Assembly (NCBI GenBank): GCA_964619955.1
Contig: CAZUJF010000004.1
Location: 74,595 to 138,594 of the forward strand
Length of the DNA: 64,000 nucleotides
DNA from: an uncultured Planctomycetales bacterium
GTDB lineage: Bacteria; Planctomycetota; MHYJ01; JACPRB01
Reading direction: 5' to 3'
Both the position numbers and the translations under genes were made by a program. Shown in pieces: positions 1 to 8,797 of the stretch (positions are counted from its first letter, which is position 1; each line of letters opens with the position of its first letter). Below the pieces are notes generated by a model that saw only the letters and a program-made list of their open reading frames with translations, was not told the DNA's origin and did no database searches.

Positions 1-324
1 TCCGGTGCACGAGCGCCAGGCGGCGCCCCAGCTCATGCGCGATCGAGTTCCGCACCTCGCCCGCCAGCAGCTGATCCTTCCACGTCGGCCCCTCGGCGTA
101 GCGCATCGTGTACGCGAAGCACTCCGGCTCCACCGACAGGATCTGCGGGACGCAGTCCGGGCCTGCGATGCGCCCCCAGGCGCGCAGGCTGTCGATCTCC
201 CGGAAAACCCGGCGCGGATCGCTCAGCCACTCCATCGCGACCTTCAGCTTCGGCAGGAACCGCTTGCGGACGTGCCCCTCGTCGGTGAGCACGACGTCGC
301 CGCTCACCCCGCCGGAGAGGACCT

Positions 325-1332
325 TCACCGGACCCTGCCCCGGGCGGCCACGCGCCACTTCCCCTCGACGCGCCCGCCGCGGCCGTACCAGATCTCGTCG
401 TGCATGTTCACGGTGGAGCAGACGTGGCTCGGGATCACCCAGACCTTCTCGCCGATCCTCGCGGGCCCCTGCGTCTCGACGTAGCCGTGCTCCTCGTTCA
501 TCTTGCGCATCGTCCAGGGCCGCCCCACGAAACGGCCGAAGGTCCCGGGGCCGCGCGTCGCGTCGCTGGAGAACGTCTTCGAGCCCCCGTCGATGAGGCA
601 CTGCCCCGGCACCGACGTGCTGACGACGGTGACGAGAACGCGCAGGGCGCACTCCGCCTCGCTGCAGCAGCCCGCCTCGAGACTCGAGACGTCGTAGAAC
701 GCATACGTGCCGGGCCGGATTTCGGTGGTCCGCGGGATGAGCGGGGTCTTCCCCGCGCCGGGCGTCGAGCCGCCGCTGACGATCGGACACTCGAAGCCCG
801 CCCGCTTCAGCGCGGAGATCGTCGCCTCGACCTTGTCGCAGGCCGCCTTGAATCCCGCGTCGTCCAGCCACGACGGCCAGTAGAAGATCCCCTGGAAATC
901 GCTCGCGGCCTTCGCGACGGCGACCGCCTCCTCCGGCGTCTGCGCGCCGCAACGGCCGACGCCGACGTCGATTTCCACCAGCGTCCGGATCCCGGGCAGC
1001 CCCTGCGCGGCCTGGACGGAGTCCACCGCCACGGTCACGCGCCGGGATTTGGCGAGTTCGCGGAGCCGCGGCAGCTTCTCGGGCATCAGGGGATACGCGA
1101 TGAGGACGTCGTGGCCGGGCAGGACTTCCGCCTCGCCCAGCTTCGCGACGGTGATGCCGATCGCGCCGGCCTGGAGCTGCATCTGCGCGATCTCGGGGAT
1201 CTTGTGCGTCTTCGTATGGGGTCGCAGGCCGACCTTCCAGTCGCGGCAGCGTTCCTGCATGCGGCGGAGGTTGCGCTCCAGCACGTCGAGATCGACGTAG
1301 AGGGCCGGCGTGTCGAGCTCCTGCGCATCCAT
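325..1332 (-). CDS. PLP-dependent D-serine dehydratase-like / D-threonine aldolase family enzyme (alanine racemase N-terminal fold, DSD1 family)
   Basis: HTKTHK motif (PLP lysine) near the N-terminus and DSD1-like length and C-terminal domain. Starts 3 nt after the ridA stop, so co-operonic with ridA. Confidence 0.6.
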   Translation of the reverse strand: MDAQELDTPALYVDLDVLERNLRRMQERCRDWKVGLRPHTKTHKIPEIAQMQLQAGAIGITVAKLGEAEVLPGHDVLIAYPLMPEKLPRLRELAKSRRVTVAVDSVQAAQGLPGIRTLVEIDVGVGRCGAQTPEEAVAVAKAASDFQGIFYWPSWLDDAGFKAACDKVEATISALKRAGFECPIVSGGSTPGAGKTPLIPRTTEIRPGTYAFYDVSSLEAGCCSEAECALRVLVTVVSTSVPGQCLIDGGSKTFSSDATRGPGTFGRFVGRPWTMRKMNEEHGYVETQGPARIGEKVWVIPSHVCSTVNMHDEIWYGRGGRVEGKWRVAARGRVR

Positions 1333-1335
1333 GGG

Positions 1336-1731
1336 CTACTTCTTCGCGACGCACTCGATCTCGACGGCGATCCCGCCCGGCAGCGCGCCGGCCTGGATCG
1401 TGGTGCGCGCGGGATACGGCGTCTTGAAGTAGCTCGCGTAGACCTCGTTCATCGCCTGGAAGTCGTTGATGTCGCGCAGATACACGTTGCACTTGAGGAC
1501 CTTTTCGAGCGACGAGCCCGCCGCCTCGAGGATGGCCTTCATGTTCTCGAAGGTGCGCCGCGTCTCCTGCTTCACGTCGCCCTTCTCCAGCTGCCCGGTG
1601 GCGGGGTTCGTGCAGCCCTGTCCCGCGAGGAAGATGAACTCCCCCTCGACGATGGCCTGCGAATAGGGCCCGATGGGCTTGGGCGCGCGGTCGGTCTGGA
1701 TCGGATTTCTCATAGGTCCCCGTTTTATCAA
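1336..1731 (-). CDS. ridA: RidA family reactive enamine/imine deaminase (YjgF/TdcF)
   Basis: Full-length similarity to RidA, including the C-terminal 'GALPGGIAVEIECVA'-type motif and 'PIGPYSQA' N-terminus. The true start may be the internal Met at 1713. Confidence 0.85.
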   Translation of the reverse strand: MIKRGPMRNPIQTDRAPKPIGPYSQAIVEGEFIFLAGQGCTNPATGQLEKGDVKQETRRTFENMKAILEAAGSSLEKVLKCNVYLRDINDFQAMNEVYASYFKTPYPARTTIQAGALPGGIAVEIECVAKK

Positions 1732-1770
1732 ACGGTGGCCCCCCTGTCACCTCAAGCATAGAATCGACCC

Positions 1771-3219
1771 ATGATCAGAAGCCTGTGCCCCCTCCTCCTG
1801 CTCGCCGGCTGCCAGGTCGCGGGACCCGGAGGCGGCGACTTCGACGTCGTCATCCTCGGCGGGCGCGTCATGGATCCGGAGACCGGGCTCGACGCCGTCC
1901 GCAACGTCGGCGTCCGCGAAGGACGGATCGCGTCGATCACCGGGGCTCCGATCCAGGGCCGCGCCGAGATCGACGCGCGCGGCAAGGTGGTCTCCCCCGG
2001 CTTCATCGACCTGCACGCGCACGGACAGGACGCCCGCAGCTACGACCTCAAGGCCCGCGACGGCGTGACCACCGCTCTCGAACTGGAAGTCGGCACCGCG
2101 GACGTCGACCCGTGGTACGCGGAACGCACCGGCAGATCCCGCATCCACTTCGGCGTCTCGATCGGGCATATCCCCGTGCGCATGGCCGTGTTCGGCGACC
2201 CTCCGGCCTTCCTGCCGGCCTCCACCTCGAAAGCGGCCACCCTGGAGGGCGACGAGACCACGATCGCGGAGATCCGGCGCCGCCTCCGGCACGGGCTGCG
2301 CCGGGGCGCCCTCGCCGTCGGCTTCGGCATCCAGTACACCGCCGCCGCCTCGCGCTGGGAGATCCTCGAGGCCTTCCGCGCCGCCGCCGAGTTCGGCGCC
2401 TCCTGCCACGTCCACATGCGCCACAACGGGATGAAGGAGCCCCACAACAGCACCATGGCGCTCGAGGAGGTCATCGCCGCCGCGGCCGTCACCGGCGCGC
2501 CCCTGCACGTGGTCCACCTGCATTCGACGTCCATCCGCGGCACCTCGCGGCACCTCGGCATGATCGCGGAGGCCCGTGCCCGCGGCATGGACATCAGCAC
2601 GGAGTGCTACCCCTACCAGGCGGGCATGACCGACCTCTCGAGCGGCGTCTTCGCGGGACCCTGGAAGGAGGAGCTCGAAATCGACTACAAGGACCTCCAA
2701 TGGGTGCTCACGGGAGAGCGCCTCAGCGCGGAGACTTTTGAGAAGTTCCGCAAGCAAGGCGGGCTCGTCGCCATCTACTCCATCCCGGAGAGCGCCGTCC
2801 TGGCGGCCCTCAAACACCCGCTCGTGCTCATCGGCTCCGACGGCCTCATGGACGCCGAGGGCCGGGGCCACCCGCGCAACTCCGGCACCTACGCGCGGAT
2901 CCTCGGCAAGTACGTGCGGGAGGACAAGGTCCTGCCGCTCATGGAGGCCCTGAGGAAGTGCACGCTCGGCCCCGCGCAGCGCCTCGAGCGCGCGGCGCCG
3001 ATGTTCAAGCGCAAGGGACGGGTGCAGGAGGGCTGCGACGCGGACCTCGCCGTCTTCGATCCGGAACGCGTCATCGACCGCGCGACGTACGACAAACCCA
3101 CCCTGCCCTCCGAGGGCATCAGCGACGTGCTCGTCGGCGGCGTCCCCGTGGTGCGCGGCGGCCGGCTCGTGGAGGGCTCGCTGCCCGGACGCGCGGCCCG
3201 CGGACCGATCGCGCCCTAG
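1771..3219 (+). CDS. N-acyl-D-amino-acid deacylase (D-aminoacylase), secreted lipoprotein, amidohydrolase superfamily
   Basis: Lipoprotein signal 'LLLLAGC', 'FIDLHAHG' metal-binding motif, about 480 aa, D-aminoacylase-like C-terminal beta-sandwich region. Confidence 0.7.
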   Translation: MIRSLCPLLLLAGCQVAGPGGGDFDVVILGGRVMDPETGLDAVRNVGVREGRIASITGAPIQGRAEIDARGKVVSPGFIDLHAHGQDARSYDLKARDGVTTALELEVGTADVDPWYAERTGRSRIHFGVSIGHIPVRMAVFGDPPAFLPASTSKAATLEGDETTIAEIRRRLRHGLRRGALAVGFGIQYTAAASRWEILEAFRAAAEFGASCHVHMRHNGMKEPHNSTMALEEVIAAAAVTGAPLHVVHLHSTSIRGTSRHLGMIAEARARGMDISTECYPYQAGMTDLSSGVFAGPWKEELEIDYKDLQWVLTGERLSAETFEKFRKQGGLVAIYSIPESAVLAALKHPLVLIGSDGLMDAEGRGHPRNSGTYARILGKYVREDKVLPLMEALRKCTLGPAQRLERAAPMFKRKGRVQEGCDADLAVFDPERVIDRATYDKPTLPSEGISDVLVGGVPVVRGGRLVEGSLPGRAARGPIAP

Positions 3220-4550
3220 AGAATCTCGAGCGGACGACCCTCGGACATCCAGGCCTGCATGCCGCCGCGGACGCTCTTCACCTTCTCGTAGCCCTGCGCC
3301 TTGAGCAGCAGCATCGCGTTGAGCGAGCGCTTGCCCACGCCGCAGATCGTGACCACGGTCATCGAACGATCCGGCGGAATGCCCTGCACGGGGCCCGAGG
3401 ACAGCGTCGCCAGGGGGAGGTTCTTCGCCTCGGCGATGTGGGCGCCGTCGTATTCGCCCGGCGTCCGCACGTCCAGGAGCAGCGCGCCCGCGCGCACCAG
3501 CTTCTCGGCCTCGTCTCCGTCGATGACGTCCGCCGACGCCTGCGCGAACATCTGCACGGCGTTGAGCACGTCCGCGTTCGGGTTCGGCGCGGGGGCCGCG
3601 GGCTCCGGCGGAAACAGTTCGGGCAGGTGCTTGCGGAAGGACGACGAATACTTGAAGGCGTTGTCCGGGAAGATCACGACGCAGACCGCGCCCGGCTCGT
3701 CGGGGACGAGCTTGAACGCGCCGGCGAGGGCCATGCCGGAACTCGGCCCGGCGATGATGCTCTCCTCCTGGTTGAGGCGTTTGCAGAGCCGGTAGGCCTC
3801 CTCGTTGTCGATCTCCGTCAGGCCGTCGTATTCCGCCGGCGAGAAGAAGTCCGCGAGCTTGAGCTGTTTCAGGCTGCGGACGCCGGGGATGTCATGTCCT
3901 TCCTTGGGATGCACCCCGAAGATCTTCACGGCCTTGTTCTGCGACTTCAGGAAGCGGCCGGAGCCGGTGATCGTGCCGCAGGTTCCCAGTCCGGCGACGA
4001 AGTGCGTCACCTTGCCCTGCGTCTGCTTCCAGATCTCCGGGCCCGTCGTGCGGAAATGCGCGTCGGGATTCGCCGGGTTCTTGTACTGGTTGAGCTGATG
4101 CCAGCCCGGCTGCTTGCCCATCTCGGTCGCCTTGGACATGGCCCCCTCCGGGGCGCCGGGCAGCGGGCAGAGTTCGTCGTTGAGTTCCACCAGGTTCGCG
4201 CCGAAGACGCGCAGGCTGGAGCGCTTTTCCGCGGGGATCTTCAGCGAGAGCGTCGCGGTGAACTTGTACTGCTTCGCGTTGGAGATCATCGCGAGGCCCA
4301 TCCCGGTGTTCCCCGAGGTGGGCTCCACCAGGTTGCTGATCTTCACGCCCCGCTCCTCCGCATCGCGGACGAGGTTGGCGGCGACACGGTCCTTCACCGC
4401 GCCGAAGGGGTTGTACCACTCCAGCTTGGCGTAGACCTTCGTGTGTTTGAAGGGGCTGACGCGGTTGAGCCGCACGATGGGCGTGGGGTTCTCCGCGCTG
4501 GACAGCATGTCCATCATGGAGTCGTAGACGCGCAGGGAGAAGTCGGTCAT
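3216..4550 (-). CDS. Cysteine synthase (CysK/CysM-like PLP enzyme) fused to a C-terminal rhodanese domain
   Basis: GAVKDR PLP-lysine motif, TSGNTG substrate loop, Gly-rich 'GLGTCGTITG', then a C-terminal rhodanese module with active-site Cys 'ICGVGKRS'. Confidence 0.7.
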   Translation of the reverse strand: MTDFSLRVYDSMMDMLSSAENPTPIVRLNRVSPFKHTKVYAKLEWYNPFGAVKDRVAANLVRDAEERGVKISNLVEPTSGNTGMGLAMISNAKQYKFTATLSLKIPAEKRSSLRVFGANLVELNDELCPLPGAPEGAMSKATEMGKQPGWHQLNQYKNPANPDAHFRTTGPEIWKQTQGKVTHFVAGLGTCGTITGSGRFLKSQNKAVKIFGVHPKEGHDIPGVRSLKQLKLADFFSPAEYDGLTEIDNEEAYRLCKRLNQEESIIAGPSSGMALAGAFKLVPDEPGAVCVVIFPDNAFKYSSSFRKHLPELFPPEPAAPAPNPNADVLNAVQMFAQASADVIDGDEAEKLVRAGALLLDVRTPGEYDGAHIAEAKNLPLATLSSGPVQGIPPDRSMTVVTICGVGKRSLNAMLLLKAQGYEKVKSVRGGMQAWMSEGRPLEIL

Positions 4551-4577
4551 GGATCGGTTCCTATCAGTTCGAGCGCA

Positions 4578-5954
4578 TTATCCCGGCGGGCCCGCAGGGG
4601 CGCAAGGGCGTGCGAGCCGCCGCCACAGCGCGTAGACCGGGAAGCCGGCCAGCGCGATGAGCAGTCCCCAGACGGGGGACCAGTTGCCGTTCCCGATCTC
4701 CCCGCGCACGATGTGGTAGAGCCCGTACGCCGTCCCGAGGATGAAGACGAGCGGCGTCCAGGGGTACAGCGGCGTGCGGAAGGGCCGCGGCGTGTCCGGC
4801 TGCCGCGACCGGAGCACGAGCACCGCGCCCACGGCAAACAGCAGCGCGAACCATTCCACGACGACGAAGTAGGTCGTGAGGTCGTCGAAGAGCCGCCCTG
4901 GATTCTTCGGATCGCGCAGCAGGAACACGAGCAGCATGGCCACGCCGCCCTGCACCAGCAGCGCCGCGACGGGCGTCGCCCAGCGGGGATGCACCCGGCC
5001 GAGGATGCCGAACGTGAGGCCGTCCTTCGCCAGCGCGTACGCCACGCGCGGCTTGGCCAGGATGTTGCCGTTGAGCGCCCCGAAGACGCTCGCCATGATG
5101 CAGGCGCCCAGCGCGCCCGCCGCCCACTCCCCGAAAAGCCCCGCCATGATCCGCTGCGGCACCTGCTTCGTCTGCTGCATCTCCGCAAGCGGCATGCGGT
5201 AGAAATACGCGATGTTCGTGAGGACGTAGAGCCCGACGATGGTCAGCATGCCCGCTACGATGATGCGGGTCATCTTCTGTTCCGCCGCCTTCACCTCGCC
5301 GGCGATCATGCTCACGGCCACCCAGCCGTCGTAGGCCCAGATCACCGACGCGACGGCGCCGCCGATCGCCGCCCCCTGCAGAGTCCCGCCTCCGAGATTC
5401 GAAAAGCTCCCCTGTCCCGAGAGAAACGACGCCAGGATGATCGCGGCCAGGGCGGCGACCTTGATGATCGTGAAGACGCTCTGGATGGCCGAGCCGAAGC
5501 GGGCCCCGAGCAGATTGAGCCCCGTGAGAAGGGCGATCGTGCCCGCCGCGACGCCGGGAACGAGCCAGCCCTCGGGGGGGATCCCCAGGACTCCGAAGAG
5601 CAGCGTCGCGAAGAAGGTCGCGAGGGCCCCCACGGTCGCCGGCGTGGACACGAGCAGGTAGAGCCAGCCGAACACGAAGGCGGCGGCATCCCCATAGGCC
5701 GCGCGCAGGTAGACGTAGATCCCGCCCGTATGCGGCAGCATCGCGCTGAGCTCCGCCAGCGCCAGCGCGCCGCAGATGCTGATGAGGCCGAAGGCGACCC
5801 AGAGGCCCAGGATGAAGGCCGGATGCGGCGCCGCGTTCGCGAGGGTGTACGGCTTGGCGAAGATGCCGCTGCCGATGGTGATCCCGACGATGAGCGCCGT
5901 GCCGCCCCAGAAGCCGATGACGCGCTTCAGGTCGGGGTCGGCCGGGGCGCTCAT
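4578..5954 (-). CDS. APC-family amino-acid permease
   Basis: About 12 predicted TM segments and APC-family N-terminal motif 'GTALIVGITIGSGIF'. Confidence 0.75.
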   Translation of the reverse strand: MSAPADPDLKRVIGFWGGTALIVGITIGSGIFAKPYTLANAAPHPAFILGLWVAFGLISICGALALAELSAMLPHTGGIYVYLRAAYGDAAAFVFGWLYLLVSTPATVGALATFFATLLFGVLGIPPEGWLVPGVAAGTIALLTGLNLLGARFGSAIQSVFTIIKVAALAAIILASFLSGQGSFSNLGGGTLQGAAIGGAVASVIWAYDGWVAVSMIAGEVKAAEQKMTRIIVAGMLTIVGLYVLTNIAYFYRMPLAEMQQTKQVPQRIMAGLFGEWAAGALGACIMASVFGALNGNILAKPRVAYALAKDGLTFGILGRVHPRWATPVAALLVQGGVAMLLVFLLRDPKNPGRLFDDLTTYFVVVEWFALLFAVGAVLVLRSRQPDTPRPFRTPLYPWTPLVFILGTAYGLYHIVRGEIGNGNWSPVWGLLIALAGFPVYALWRRLARPCAPAGPPG

Positions 5955-6013
5955 CCCGCGAAGATACTCCGGCCCGCCTGAAGCCGCAACGAAGTCTTGC
6001 GCGTAGTAGGGGC

Positions 6014-6826
6014 ATGAAGACGACGACCCTTCTGGGGCTCCTGCTCCTCTCGGCCTGCGGCACGACCGCCTCCCCGCGGACGGAGCCGGACACCCTCACC
6101 CTGCACGCCCGCCGGGGCACGGAGGAGACGACCGTCGCCTGGAAGGCCTCGCAGACCGCGCTGATCATCTGCGACATGTGGGACACGCACACCTGCGCGG
6201 GCGCGGCCCGCCGCGTGGCGGCGATGGCCCCGCGGCTCAACGCGTTCGTCGCCGAGGCGCGGCGGCGCGGCGTGCTCATCGTGCACGCCCCCAGCGACGT
6301 CACGAAGTTCTACGACGGCACGCCGGCCCGGGCGCTGGCGAAGAACGCCCCCGAAGCGGCCGCCGCCGCCGACTTCAAATGGCGCAAGCTCGACCCCGCC
6401 CGGGAAGGCGCGCTTCCCGTGGACGACAGCGACTGGTGCGACTGCACGCCGAAGTGCGAGATCAAGAAGATCGAGGAGTCCAAGAAGTGGCCCTGGACCC
6501 GGCAGATCGCCTCGATCGAGATCCTGCCCGGCGACGCGCTGAGCGACCAGGGCAAGGAGATCCACAACCTCTTCGTCCAGCGCGGCATCACGAACGTGCT
6601 GCTCACCGGCGTGCACACGAACATGTGCGTGCTCGGGCGCTCCTTCGGCATCCGGCAGCAGGTGATGCTCGGCCGCACGGTCGCGCTCGTGCGGGACCTG
6701 ACGGACTGCCTCTACGATCCGCGCAAGCCGCCGCACGTCTCCCACGACGAGGGCACCGCGCTGCTGGTCGGGCACATCGAGAAGTACTGGTGCCCCTCCG
6801 TCCCGAGCACGGACCTGCGGCCCTGA
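6014..6826 (+). CDS. Isochorismatase-family (cysteine hydrolase) lipoprotein
   Basis: Lipoprotein signal 'LLLSAC'. 'ALIICDMWD' catalytic Asp and 'THTNMCVLG' catalytic Cys motifs. Confidence 0.6.
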   Translation: MKTTTLLGLLLLSACGTTASPRTEPDTLTLHARRGTEETTVAWKASQTALIICDMWDTHTCAGAARRVAAMAPRLNAFVAEARRRGVLIVHAPSDVTKFYDGTPARALAKNAPEAAAAADFKWRKLDPAREGALPVDDSDWCDCTPKCEIKKIEESKKWPWTRQIASIEILPGDALSDQGKEIHNLFVQRGITNVLLTGVHTNMCVLGRSFGIRQQVMLGRTVALVRDLTDCLYDPRKPPHVSHDEGTALLVGHIEKYWCPSVPSTDLRP

Positions 6827-6871
6827 CTTTCCTTTTGGCGGCGCTTCGGCTATCTTCAGTTCACAGCCGAA

Positions 6872-7189
6872 GTGATCACCGAAGCCCTGCCCGTCGTCCA
6901 CCCTGAAAACCAGGTCCGCCTGGAGCCGAACTGGCATGTCATCCTGCTGGACGACCAGGATCACTCGTACGAATACGTGATCGAGATGCTGGGCAAGCTC
7001 TTCGGATACGCGCTGGACAAGGCGCTCGCGATGGCCCGCGAGGTGGACAAGTCCGGCCGCTGCATCGTCTACACCGGCTCCCTCGAGCACGCCGAGGTCA
7101 AGCGCGACCGGATCCACGGCTACGGCGCGGACTGGCGCATCCCCCGCTGCAAGGGATCGATGAGCGCGACGCTGGAGTGCGCCGAGTAA
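6872..7189 (+). CDS. clpS: ATP-dependent Clp protease adaptor ClpS
   Basis: 'WHVILLDDQDHSYEYVIEML' core matches the ClpS N-degron-binding domain. GTG start. Confidence 0.8.
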   Translation: MITEALPVVHPENQVRLEPNWHVILLDDQDHSYEYVIEMLGKLFGYALDKALAMAREVDKSGRCIVYTGSLEHAEVKRDRIHGYGADWRIPRCKGSMSATLECAE

Positions 7190-7554
7190 TGGACGACTTC
7201 GTCGTCGTGGCCCATCTCTCGCAGGTCCCGCCGGGAGGCCTGCTGCCCGTCCGCGTCGAGAAGGAGGACGTGGTCCTCTACAACATCGACGGGACCCTGC
7301 ACGCGACGCGGGACTTCTGCCCCCACGCGGGGTATCCCCTGTCGCAGAGCCGCCTGCGGGGGAAGTACGTGCGCTGCGCGCTGCACGACTGGGAATTCGA
7401 CGTCCCCTGCGGGACCTACACCGGCAACCCGCGGATCCACCTGAAGCGCTACCCGGTGAAGGTGGAGGGCGACGAGATCCTGCTGAGCCTGACCCCCCTG
7501 CCCCCGCCGGTGCCGCCCGCCCCGCCCCCCGCCCTCTCCCGCGACGACGCATAA
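7189..7554 (+). CDS. Rieske [2Fe-2S] domain protein (NirD-like small Rieske)
   Basis: CPH...CALH Rieske motif pair. The start overlaps the clpS stop as TAATG. Confidence 0.7.
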   Translation: MDDFVVVAHLSQVPPGGLLPVRVEKEDVVLYNIDGTLHATRDFCPHAGYPLSQSRLRGKYVRCALHDWEFDVPCGTYTGNPRIHLKRYPVKVEGDEILLSLTPLPPPVPPAPPPALSRDDA

Positions 7555-7570
7555 CCCACGCAACCAAAAG

Positions 7571-7631
7571 CAGACGGTCTGTTTTTGGCCAGAAAAAAAG
7601 CCGGGGGCCCCTTTCGGAACCCCCGGCGTTT
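7571..7631. terminator. Bidirectional intrinsic terminator pair between convergent genes
   Basis: CAGAC-ggt-GTCTG followed by TTTTT (plus strand). A7 + GCCGGGGG-loop-CCCCCGGC + GTTT reads as a stem plus U-run on the minus strand. Confidence 0.6.
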
Positions 7632-7647
7632 GAATGGCCTTGGAAGA

Positions 7648-8724
7648 CTACTTCACCTTGGTCATGCGGCCGAAGATCTTCAGCTTCTTGAACTGGTTGA
7701 GGATGTCCTCGGCCTTGGCCTTGGCCACGTTCTTGGCCAGCGGGATCACGAGGCGCGTCGTGAGCTCCTTCGCCTCTCCCGGCGTGCAGCCCTTGATCTT
7801 CGCGATCAACTCCGAAGCCTTGTCGCGCTTCGAGGTGTCCGTGATCTTCGACAAAAAGACGTTGTACAGCTCGCCCAGCGGCGCCGCGGCGGCCGGCGGG
7901 GCCTCCTCTTCCATCGGGGCCTCGGCCAGTTCGGGCTCCGCGACGGCCTCGGGCTCCATCGGCGCCGCCTGGGCCTCCTCGAGCCCCGAGGTGAATTCGC
8001 CGGGATTGAAGGCCTCTTCGGCCGGGGCCAGCGGCTCCGCCTCCGGCAGCAGGTCCGGCTCGCCGGACGCCGCGGCCGACACGGGGGCGGGTTCCGGGGC
8101 CGGGACCTCGTCCAGCGCCTCCGGCAGATCCAGCGACTCGCCCTCGCCCGGCATCGACGAGAGCCCTTCCACGCCCACCGCCTTGGGATTGGGGCGCGTG
8201 TCCTCCGCGTACGAAGGCGACGAGGTCATCGACGCCCGCACCGCCCGCGGCGCCTGGGCCTTCAGGACGGCCGTCCCGTTCCCTTCCGGGGCGGGGGGCG
8301 GTTCGACCAGCTTGAGCTTGCCCAGACGACGGAACAGGAAGCTTTCGTTGCAGTTGGGGCAAACGAAGGCGCTGTTGTCCCACTCGAACGCCAGGCCGGC
8401 GGTCGCGGGGGCCCCGCCCGCCGTGAACTGCGGGCGCACGGGCCAGTTCAGCTTCGGAAGCTTCTGCGCGACCCGGGCGGTCACGCGGAACTCGATGCCC
8501 GCCTTCGACAGGTCGGTCAGCAGCGGCGTGATCGCCTTCACTTCCTGCTTGGTCAGCTTCTGCGCGAAGATGATCGGCGCGCCCTTGCAGACCGCGCCCG
8601 CCACCGCATCCTCGAGGCCGAACGCCCGGGCGAACTGCTGCGAGGCCTCGGCGAGAGATGCGGACTCGACGGATGCGACGATCAGGGTGAACTCACCAGC
8701 GGCTTCGGGTGCCATAACGCTCAA
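7648..8724 (-). CDS. Hypothetical protein with two ribosomal L7/L12 C-terminal-like domains, a CxxC motif and a long acidic Pro/Ala/Glu-rich linker
   Basis: N-terminal 'EFTLIV...GLEDAVAGAV..APIIFAQKLTKQEVKAI..L...GIEFRV' and C-terminal 'ELIAKIKGCTPGEAKELTTRLVIPLAKNVAKAKAEDILNQFKKL' both follow the L12 CTD pattern (IK..G.GL.EAK.LV...P..L...V.K..AE.I...L...G). The middle is low-complexity PAPEP...EEEAPPAAAAP. Confidence 0.4.
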   Translation of the reverse strand: MSVMAPEAAGEFTLIVASVESASLAEASQQFARAFGLEDAVAGAVCKGAPIIFAQKLTKQEVKAITPLLTDLSKAGIEFRVTARVAQKLPKLNWPVRPQFTAGGAPATAGLAFEWDNSAFVCPNCNESFLFRRLGKLKLVEPPPAPEGNGTAVLKAQAPRAVRASMTSSPSYAEDTRPNPKAVGVEGLSSMPGEGESLDLPEALDEVPAPEPAPVSAAASGEPDLLPEAEPLAPAEEAFNPGEFTSGLEEAQAAPMEPEAVAEPELAEAPMEEEAPPAAAAPLGELYNVFLSKITDTSKRDKASELIAKIKGCTPGEAKELTTRLVIPLAKNVAKAKAEDILNQFKKLKIFGRMTKVK

Positions 8725-8797
8725 CCCTCCCAGAGGTGATGCAGCCCAGCCCCAGCTATGAAACGAAGGGCAAGTCTAGCACTCCGATTTTTTCAAG

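Noticed and set aside
2958-5981. Very long alternative-frame ORFs (for example 2958..5981 at 1007 aa, 18478..21441 at 987 aa antisense to alaS, 25305..29123 at 1272 aa, 35237..37408 at 723 aa), rich in Arg/Gly/Pro/Ala
   Set aside because: These are typical stop-codon-poor shadow frames of a 70%-GC genome. They overlap well-supported genes on the other strand or frame and show no domain motifs.
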